NCBI RefSeq assembly: GCF_006345805.1
Contig: NC_043008.1
Location: 50,964,001-51,028,000, forward strand
Length of the DNA: 64,000 nucleotides
From: Octopus sinensis
Taxonomy: Eukaryota
Direction of reading: 5' to 3'
Each line of letters opens with the position of its first letter. The stretch's first letter is position 1. A program made the translations under genes and the position numbers. Positions 53,993-64,000 of this stretch are shown here, in pieces. The notes beneath the pieces were generated by a model that did not search any database, was not told the DNA's origin, and saw nothing but the letters and a program-made list of their open reading frames with translations.

Positions 53993-55209
53993 TATATAGA
54001 CACACGGAACACATGTTTCCGTATTTTCCCTTTTTTATTAAATATTTTTTTATATTTCCCTATTAATCCTTCAACCTTTGTTTGCAACAATATAATTCTT
54101 ATGCTTATTAACATTTCAAGAACTCGTCAACCTCATTTTCTGAACGAAATCCTGATAGCGGTGCCATGTAGCCACAAGTAGTCATGAAATTTCAGTGTAA
54201 ATACAAATGTTATAAAGTTCGTGATTCAAAGAGTTTCATCATGGACAAACATGTACAACGTTTTCCCGTCTCACAACTATGCATCTACGATATGGAACCA
54301 TTACAATGTAATGCGATAGCAGAGGAGACGAATAAAAACAAGGAAACTAAATACAAAGATATTTTTAATCGTTTACTCGTTTCAATAATTGGATTGCGAC
54401 CATGCTGGAGTACCATTTTGATGGAAACAAATCAATACCAGCATTTATTTTCCTTCCTTAAATCCGGTACTGGTTCTCTCGGTCTCTGTTTTGCAAAGCT
54501 GCTAGATTATGGAGACGTAAACAATCCAACGCTGTCATGTAGTGGGGGGGGGGCATACACAAAGACACACCCACACATATAGTGATATAGATATGCACGA
54601 CTGTTTACAACCTGTTTCCATCAAGCAAATCCACACATAAGACCTTTGTCGGCCTAGGGCTACAGTATACGACACTTATCTAAGATGGAGCTCACTGGAA
54701 TGCAACCCGAAAACACGTGGCTGCAAAACGACACAGCCATGCCTGCAGCCATATTAACTATTATTAATATTATCGCTTATAAAATTTCCCAATGAAATCG
54801 GGTATGGAAACACTTTTGAAAAGAAAATTACAGAGCAAAGTTCAAGATAAACCATACAGTGTACATTAATGGATTACAGAAGGTGCAAACAGTTAAATGT
54901 TAAGGAACAGGCAATGGCGATTTTATCTTGCGTCTCAATGAAATATGTAGCAATAACATGACACTACAATAGTTTCCTTTATGAAATCAAACCGAGAAGC
55001 TCTTGGGACGTAATATTCTTTAGGAAAATTATTGCTTCAGTGTAACCGTATAGGACTAATGATAAAATATGAAACTTTAGGAAGAGAAATATGGTCGCAC
55101 TGTGACTGAGCTGATATACTGTAACGCGTATGATCGCTGTCTTATATACACGCGATCGTAAAGAGACGACCGTGTTTCATTTTCTGATTTTTTATATTTT
55201 CTCATAGGT

Positions 55210-55284
<75 letters not shown>

Positions 55285-55692
55285 ATGTATCATTTTCGTA
55301 TTTGGTTTGCAAGATCCTTTATGTGAAGTCGTATGATCAAGCATATTTCATTGTGTCTGGAGAGTCATTCTCTTTTAGTGCTTTATTATTTAACACACTC
55401 ACCGGTTCGATTTCCACTCATTTATTTTTCTATCTAAACTTTTCGGTGTGTCTTGCAGCCTTATCAATAGTGATTGTCTCTGTCACTTTTTAGTAAGACT
55501 CAAACACGTCTTAGACTGAGTCAACGACAATTGAAGAGGTTGCAAGGCGCAACGAAGATTTTAGAAAAAATGACGAAGTAAATGAGTGGAAATCGAATCG
55601 GTGAGTGTGTTAAATAATAAGGCACTAAAAGAGAATGATTATCCCCAGACACAATTATATATATATATATATATATTATGTGTGTGTGTGGG

Positions 55693-55731
<39 letters not shown>

Positions 55732-56099
55732 ATGTATCATTTTCGTATTTGGTTTGCAAGATCCTTTATGTGAAGTCGTATGATCAAGCATATTTCATTG
55801 TGTCTGGAGAGTCATTCTCTTTTAGTGCTTTATTATTTAACACACTCACCGGTTCGATTTCCACTCATTTATTTTTCTATCTAAACTTTTCGGTGTGTCT
55901 TGCAGCCTTATCAATAGTGATTGTCTCTGTCACTTTTTAGTAAGACTCAAACACGTCTTAGACTGAGTCAACGACAATTGAAGAGGTTGCAAGGCGCAAC
56001 GAAGATTTTAGAAAAAATGACGAAGTAAATGAGTGGAAATCGAATCGGTGAGTGTGTTAAATAATAAGGCACTAAAAGAGAATGATTATCCCCAGACAC

Positions 56100-56102
<3 letters not shown>
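55210..56102. repeat. 447-bp tandem duplication; each unit carries a ~305-bp foldback (55350-55655 and 55797-56102)
   Basis: The unique parts of the two units look identical. Arm ATTGTGTCTGGAGAGTCATTCTCTTTTAGTGCTTTATTATTTAACACACTCACCGGTTCGATTTCCACTCATTTA pairs with TAAATGAGTGGAAATCGAATCGGTGAGTGTGTTAAATAATAAGGCACTAAAAGAGAATGATTATCCCCAGACACAAT. Confidence 0.93.
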
Positions 56103-56138
<36 letters not shown>

Positions 56139-56175
56139 TTACACTGTTTTGTTAGACAATATTCATTAGTTGTAA

Positions 56176-56350
56176 GGCGGCGAACTGGTACAAACGTTAG
56201 CACACCGGGCGCAATGCTTAGCGGTCCACTTTGTCTTTCATCCTTTCGGTGTGGATAAATTAAGTACCAGTTGCGTACCGGGGTCGATCTAATCGACTGG
56301 CCCCCTCCCCCCAAAATTGCGGGCCTTGTGCCTAGAATAGAAAAGAATAG
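56176..56350 (+). mobile_element. SINE family A, tail-B type
   Basis: GGCGGCGAACTGG head, core, and GGCCCCCTCCCCCCAAAATTGCGGGCCTTGTGCCTAGAATAGAAAAG tail. Confidence 0.87.
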
Positions 56351-56528
56351 TTATTTGTTGTAGTTTAGCTCCATCTCGGCCATAATATGTTATACCTGTA
56401 ATCAAAAGGTTTTCCAAAATTGAGTTTTCCACAATATATTAAAGAATACTATACGTGCCTAATACTCAGATAGAACTATTCTCTGTTAGAGCCAGGCGTT
56501 GTTTCTAGTGACTATATGGTTTCGTGAA

Positions 56529-56736
56529 TACCGTAATTTCCGGCATACAAGTCGAATTATTCAGAAAAAAAAATTCAAACCCCAAAAATCCAACTTATAC
56601 ATCAAGAAGACTTAGGGACACTAAAAACTCCAAGTGAAATGCAGAAGGTTTGGGAAAAAGAGAGACAATATTGGAATGTTTACACAAAATTTCTATACTG
56701 TACACAATGTCGACTTGCATGCCGGAAAATACCGTA
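56529..56736. mobile_element. Tc1/mariner (pogo/Tigger-like) MITE with TA target duplication
   Basis: TA-CCGTAATTTCCGGCATACAAGTCGA ... TCGACTTGCATGCCGGAAAATACCG-TA: 25-bp TIRs with 3 mismatches. Confidence 0.85.
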
Positions 56737-56894
56737 ACAAGGCGAAATCGTTTTAAACGAGTCTCTCTGTCGCTCTGTCATCTTTGACTGTATCATCACT
56801 CTCACTCCTACCATTCTCGCATTTTACCCTCTACACTTCTCCTTGCGGTTTAACCTTCATCCGCTGTCTAATTCTTTCAGAAACAGATCCCTAC

Positions 56895-56941
<47 letters not shown>

Positions 56942-56968
56942 CTATCTATCTATCTATCTATCTACCTG

Positions 56969-57029
<61 letters not shown>

Positions 57030-57072
57030 CTATCTGTCTATCTGTCTATCTATCTATCTATCTATCTACCTG

Positions 57073-57147
<75 letters not shown>

Positions 57148-57471
57148 GTCTGTCTGTCTGTCTGTCTGTCAGTCTGTCTGTCTGTCTGTCTGTCTAACTC
57201 CCTATTTATCTGTCTATCTGTCTGCCTGTCTCTCTATGTTATTCTCTTCCATATAACCTACTTTTCGATTCCGTTCCATTTGTAAACAGGAGTTTCGTTC
57301 GTTACGGTGGTTGACATATAAGCGTGTATATGTGTGTGTGCGTCTTGCGTGTATGTGCATGTATGTATCTATGTATTTACATGTTCGTATGTACATACCC
57401 ACTTACATCAAAACACGGACATACAAATAGAAAAACATATATGTATATGTATGTATATGTATAAGTATGTA

Positions 57472-57503
<32 letters not shown>

Positions 57504-57549
57504 CTTACATATATCGATATACATATATATATATTTCTTTTATCCTTTT

Positions 57550-58010
57550 ATTCTTTTATTTGTTTCAGTCGTTTGACTACAGCCATGCTGGAGCACCGAC
57601 TTTAGTCGAAGAAATCAACCCCAAGACTTATTCTTTGTAAGGCTAGTACTTATTCTATCGTTCGCTTTTTGACGAACTGCTAAGTTACGGGGAACAAACA
57701 CAACAACATCGTTTGTCCAGCGATGGTGGGGAGCCAAACACAGACACATACATACAAACATACATACATACATGCATACATACATACACACACATACATA
57801 CATTCATACATACATACATACACACGTACATACATACGTACGTATATTTACACGACGGGCTTCTTTCAGTTTCCGTCTACCAAATCCACTCACAAGACTT
57901 TTATCGACTCGAGGCTATAGTAGAAGACACTTGCCCTCCGTGTGATGCAGTGGGACTGAACCCGGAACCATGTGGTTGGTAAGCAAGCAACTTAACACAC
58001 AACCACTCCC
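57550..58010 (-). mobile_element. Full-length SINE family B
   Basis: Same modules as 53455-53992, with an internal (TACA)n tract. Confidence 0.88.
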
Positions 58011-58012
58011 TC

Positions 58013-58055
<43 letters not shown>

Positions 58056-58083
58056 GGTAAGTACGTAGGTAGATAGATAGATT

Positions 58084-58136
<53 letters not shown>

Positions 58137-58801
58137 GTTTGTGTGTTGTTCTATACTTATACAGAAATATACAAGCACACGCCACACATGAAAAATAATT
58201 ATGTATATAGGGAAAGATATACATATAGATATATAGATTTGCATACACTCACTCACACACACATACAACATATGTATGTACGTATGATTCTTTATATGTA
58301 GAAAGGTCCTTGTGTATATATTCTACACCCATTTTCTTTTGCATGACGCTATAATAAAACTGCGCTGCCATTACGCTATGCTGTATCACGTTTCGCTCGT
58401 CTCCAACAATAACTATAAAGACATGAACCCTTCCCTCGTCCCTCATAAAACGATATAACATCAACCACAACAGCAACAACTATACACAACATGAACAACT
58501 GCAACAACATCAAGAACAACAATAGTAAAAGCAACATATGAAGCTAGTGTCCTATGGGTGTAATCAGAAGAATAATTGAATGTAACACAAGAATCCTTCG
58601 ATTTATTATCGGTGGTGATGATGGCGATGACGATGATGATGATGATGATGATGGCATTTTGTTTTTTATTGTATATATGGAAGTATGATATACTTGACAT
58701 ACATACATTCTTATGTATACACACACATATATATAAATATATATGTGGATAGATATGTTTGTGTATATATATATATATGTATATGTGTGTATGGGAGTTT
58801 G

Positions 58802-58834
<33 letters not shown>

Positions 58835-59321
58835 TGTGTACACTCAACTCACACACATATATAAGTTATACAATATACATACGCATATATATATATATAT
58901 ATATATATATACTCATATATGTATATGTGTGTGTATGTGTGTATGTATATATTTGTTTCCTGGCTAAATTGGTTAATTAACAACTGTCCACGTCAAACTT
59001 CGTCTCTGATACTAAAACCTTTATTACTGCGCTCCTATATACTATTACACATGCGTGCCTTCATCGGAGAATATCGATGACACGAGCGTTTCAGGAATCG
59101 AATGTTCTGCGGATGTCGTTCTTCTTCTTAATGTTAGTGTTGTAGCTGCTTTCATTATTATCATTTTAATGGCCTAGTCAGAAGACGAGTAGCGCCCTTG
59201 ACTAATTTTAGAGCCTACAAGACCGATAAAAAACAAATACAGAGGTTAGAATGGGGTCACTGACCTGGTCTCAATATCCGTAATGTAGTGGTCGCAGTAT
59301 AGTTTTCCAGTTCTACATAAC

Positions 59322-59539
59322 TATTTCTTTACTACCCACAAGGGGCTAAACACAGAGGGGACGAACAAGAACAGACAAACGGATTAAGTCGATTATATCG
59401 ACCGCAGTGCGTAACTGGTACTTATTTAATCGACCCCGAAAGGATGAAAGGCAAAGTCGACCTCGGCGGAATTTGAACTCACAACGTAACGGCAGACGAA
59501 ATACGGCTACGTATTTCGCCCGGTGTGCTAAAGTTTCTG
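59322..59539 (-). mobile_element. Monomeric SINE family A (tail A) with 15-bp target-site duplication
   Basis: CCAGTTCTACATAAC at 59307-59321 and 59540-59554 flanks the element. Confidence 0.92.
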
Positions 59540-59809
59540 CCAGTTCTACATAACGATGTGGTTATCCAGTTTAGCAAAATACCCGCAATGTAGTTATCTA
59601 GTTTAACACAACTCCATGGCCGTATACTTCAACATAATATTCACAGTATTGTTAGATGTACCGCAAGAGTGTCTAGTTTAACAAAACGCTTGCAGTGTGG
59701 TTATCCACTTTAATATAGCCCCAACGAATTATGTTTAGCTGCCCAACGAATTTAGTTTGTAAGTCTTCGTCTACGAAACATTGCTTGCAAAACATTGCGA
59801 CGATAGCGT

Positions 59810-60440
59810 TCTAAATTTATAATTAAATCAAGGGATTTGAGAGGAATGGGTAACCTATTGATTCTTCGACCTCAGTATTTGAATGGTACTTTATTTTATC
59901 GATGCATAAATGATGAAAGGCAACGTTGAACTCAGAAAGATTTGAAACCAGAGCGTGAAAAACCGGGAGAAATACCGCAAGCCCATTTTCCTCGATGCGC
60001 TAATAATTTTGCCAATTAAAAGTGTAATTATCGGTACACAATCAGCGGTTTTTGAGGTGAGGTGTGCTTTATTTTATTTCAATTACATGGATGTAAGACT
60101 AAGTAGAGTTCGTCAAGATTTTGACTTAATATATAAGGAACCAGAAAAGAACCACAAAGACTTATGGCCGGCGCTCTAACGACTCTGCTACTCGAATGAC
60201 TTAGCTTAGTTTTTCATAATATTCATTTCGAATTTTGGCAGAAGGCCAGAATTTTCAGTGGTGTAGGCAAGTCGATTGCATACATCATCTTAAGTGTTTA
60301 ACTGGTATTTATTTTATGGACCCTGGAAAGATGTTTGGCAAAGTCGATCTCAGCGGAACTTGACCCCAGAAAGTGGAGACGGACGAAATACCGCTAAGTA
60401 TTTTTCCCAGCTTGCTAACGATTCTGCCAGCTCGTCGTCT
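59810..60440 (-). mobile_element. Cluster of old minus-strand SINE family A copies
   Basis: TGGTACTTTATTTTATCGA...GATGAAAGGCAA at 59884-59925 and a copy ending CTGCCAGCTCGTCGTC at 60440. Confidence 0.75.
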
Positions 60441-60830
60441 TTTACACCTGGAATAATATTGCTCCGTCAAACGGAATCTCTCACTAAACGACAACCACCA
60501 TAACATCTTCAACGACTTAGGGAATAAAATATTTTGAAGTTTGGGTGTAGTAAATTGCAGCATATCTCTAATGAAGTGGAGCTTGCATAATTATACAATG
60601 CTAATTATACGACATAACAATTTCTGTTATTAGTGTGTGTGTGTGTGTGTGTGGTTAGCGAGCTGGAGGACATGTGTTCCTGGGGCTATAAACGTCAGTT
60701 GCACTGTCTCGTATAGAACGCCACTCTTGGTTGACAACTATACGTTACGATTCCATAATGCTACTGTTTGCATCACGCTCAGAGATTTAACACACACACA
60801 CACATACACTCACACACACACACACACACG

Positions 60831-60884
<54 letters not shown>

Positions 60885-61860
60885 CATATAAAAAATATTT
60901 ACTTGTGTACATGTATATCTCTCCATCCATTTTCCCGTTTAGATAAGTAGAATGATAGACATATCTAGAATCATACACAAATCTATGTGTGTATGTGTGT
61001 GTGTATACGGTACGTAAACACACATGCTCCGAGTAGAACGAGTGAGATTTGATATCTTATGTTGGTGCTAAGCTGAGAAGCATTCTAAATACAGAAGAAA
61101 AGAACAATATTTGCTTTCTGTATTATGTAATTAATTCTTAATGTTTTATTACAGTTAAAAAAATAAAATATTAATAATTTTCGATCAGTGTAAAAGTTCA
61201 CGTATTGAAGAAAGCCGTTTCCGTCGATCGAATCATTGATCCTAAATCTTAATAGCACTTATTTTATTGATTCTAGCGAGGGTTTTCAGCATGGCACTTT
61301 TGAAGTATGAACCAGGTTGTTTTAATAGAAGAATCTTTCACTTATAAATAATCACGTAGGCATTACGCGTCGTTTGACAATTACATAACGACTCTTCGGA
61401 GTAGAGCAGAGTACAGATTAATTGGTGATTATATTTCTTTGTGAAATGGCAAATGGTGCCTTGTTTCGTAGTTGGAAGCCATTAAAAATATTGTTGTTTT
61501 GCCACAATGAAAATAAATTCGATAAGGTCAGGTTAAATACTTCGCTGAGTTAATCACAATCTGAGATTTTATTTTCCGTTCTTATTTTCGGTTTTGAACA
61601 TGTTTTATGCAACTGTGTATCTCTTTTCTTCGCAGATACATTATATAAGAGAGTATATAACCGTTTTAAAATATATATATATATAACTAATCTTACATGG
61701 AGCTCTGCGTAGGACTCGAAACATGTATCTATTGAAGCCTATACTCAATAGCTGCAAAGTTCGAGGTTCACAAATAGTGTTTCGTTTTCCCCTCTTTTTT
61801 TCCTACACAAGGCGGTTTTAACCAGACGTATTATTACTTATTATTTACAGCTAGTTTACA

Positions 61861-62320
61861 GGCGAGCTGGCAGAATCATTAGTGTTTCGTCCATCTTTAC
61901 GTTCTGAGTTCAAATACCGTCGAGGTCCACTTTACTTTCCATCATTTTGGGGTGGATAGAAATAAGTACCAGTCGTGCACTGGGGTTGATTTAACCGACT
62001 ACTCCCCCTTCCCACTAAATGTCAAGCCTTACGCCTATAAAAGAAAGGCTTATTTATAGCCAGTCCAAAAGCGGCGAGCTGGCAGAATTGTTAAAACGCC
62101 GGGGGTAAAATGTTGAGCGATATTTCGACCGTCCTTACGTTCTGAGCTCAAATTCCGCAAAGTTCAGCCTTGCTGTCCTTGTTTCAAGGTCGATAAAAAG
62201 AAGTACCAGTTGAGCACTGGGGTGAATTTTATCGCTTTAACCCCTCCCTTGAACTTACTGGCCTAATGCCAAACTTTGAAACCAATATTTATAGCTGGAT
62301 TAGGACGGCAAGCTGGCAGA
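61861..62320 (+). mobile_element. Tandem SINE family A copies (tail B)
   Basis: Heads GGCGAGCTGGCAGAAT at 61861 and about 62073, and a head fragment at about 62307. Confidence 0.85.
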
Positions 62321-62727
62321 TTTTAATTCTTTCATTTAATGCTTGTGGAAATGTAAACTTGAATAAATTATAGTTATTGACAAGGTAGGTAAGTGAGTCG
62401 ATCGACAACAGCCAATCTAGTTCCCTAGGGTCAGTTTCTCCTCAGCCGGACTTGCGGGCAGTATGAGATATCATAACGGTATGTAATAATTAAAGACAAG
62501 GCCAAGCGCTCTTCTTCGGTGAAGGAGTGCCAATCACCGTATATATATAGATGTGTGTACATGTTTGCGTGTGTGCATGCGGATGAATGTGTGAGAGTTC
62601 CTGTACGTTCGCATGTATGCAAAACATACACACACGCACATATATATATATGTATATATATAAATACATATAAAATACATACATACATACATACATGCAT
62701 ACTACATACATATATACATATATATAT

Positions 62728-62780
<53 letters not shown>

Positions 62781-62798
62781 TATACATACATATATATA

Positions 62799-62847
<49 letters not shown>

Positions 62848-63487
62848 CACATATGCAAATATATGGTAAACAGTTAAAATCAATAATTCCAAGGAACATT
62901 AGCATTATTCTCATTCGTCATCATACAGTAAAGTATTTGTTATATTTTACTAAATTTCAAACGGAAGAATGAAAAATATATATAAAACCATAAACGATAG
63001 AAGAGTAGACAAAGCGAACGGACAATTCAAATAATTTCTATTGCACAATATCTTATGTGGTTGGGGTGGATGTGAACTGAATATAATGTCAAAATTCACT
63101 GAAAACATTTCCAGAATAATTGTTTGTGCATTTAATTGTAACTGATTCTACAATTTAATTCATTGTTGGATTGCTAACAACAGTTCCTATATTTATCGAG
63201 AAAGACTTGTTTACTATTAATTAATGAATCCGGTTGTATGGGACTGTGATTCGATGCTATGCGCTGCTCTCAAACGTCTTGTAGATGTTGCATCTAGTTT
63301 TATTTCCAATGCCTTAGGTAGAGTCTGTGCATTGCAACCGGATGAGAACACAGCTTCTGTTGTTGCTCAGTTCTCTGTTCAGACTTGATTTCGAAATCTG
63401 TTATTTTTATATTTTACTTATTTCTATTACCTATATATTATCTATGTCTCTCTATTTCTATATCTCTTCGTCTCTCTCTCTCTCCAC

Positions 63488-63521
<34 letters not shown>

Positions 63522-63616
63522 TTCTTGATCTCTGTCTATAATGCCATTCGCTGAGATCCTCTCATTCAGAGCATTTGAAACTCTGCAAAGAAAACAATGG
63601 ACTAAATATGCATGAA

Positions 63617-64000
63617 GGCGGCGAGCTGGAAGAATCGTTTGCACACCGGGCGAAATGCTAAGCGGCATTTCGTCTGTCTTTACGTTCTGAGTCTAAATTC
63701 CGCCGAGGTCGACTTTGCTTTTCATCCTTTCGGGGTCTATTAAATAGGTACCAGTTACGCACTGGGGTCGATATAATCGACTTAATCCATTTGTCTGTCC
63801 TTGTTCGTCCCCTCTGTGTTTAGCCCCTTGTAGGTAGTAAAGAAATAGGTATTTCGTCTATCTTTACGTTCTGAGTTCAAATTCCGCCGAGGTCGACTTT
63901 GCCTTTCAACCTTTCGGGGTCGATAAATTAAGTACCAGTTGTTACATACTGGGATCGATCTAATCGACTTTATCCCTCCCCCAAATTTCAGGCCTTATGC
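63617..64000 (+). mobile_element. SINE family A dimer (head-body-tailA-body-tailB), running off the window end
   Basis: Head at 63617, junction AAAGAAATAG|GTATTTCGTC at about 63848, tail B from about 63970. Confidence 0.9.

Overview
AT-rich, microsatellite-dense eukaryotic DNA. The SINE families and the (TA)n/(TATC)n/(TAA)n load strongly suggest an octopus (coleoid cephalopod) genome; this is an inference. The only host coding sequence I can support is the terminal exon (MA helix end, TM4 and C-terminus) of a nicotinic acetylcholine receptor subunit on the minus strand at 37412-37594. It has a probable long 3' UTR to its left and an intron of at least 26 kb to its right. The rest is repeats. 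There are three tRNA-derived SINE families, one of which forms head-to-tail multimers and same-strand clusters. There are also decayed Penelope-like (GIY-YIG), R4/Dong-like, RTE-like and L1/Tx1-like retroelements, Tc1/mariner-like and hAT-like MITEs, several long foldback elements embedded in (TA)n tracts, and near-perfect tandem duplications with (TA)n breakpoints. Almost all ORFs in the supplied track are microsatellite or SINE read-through. Repeat boundaries were placed by eye and are approximate.
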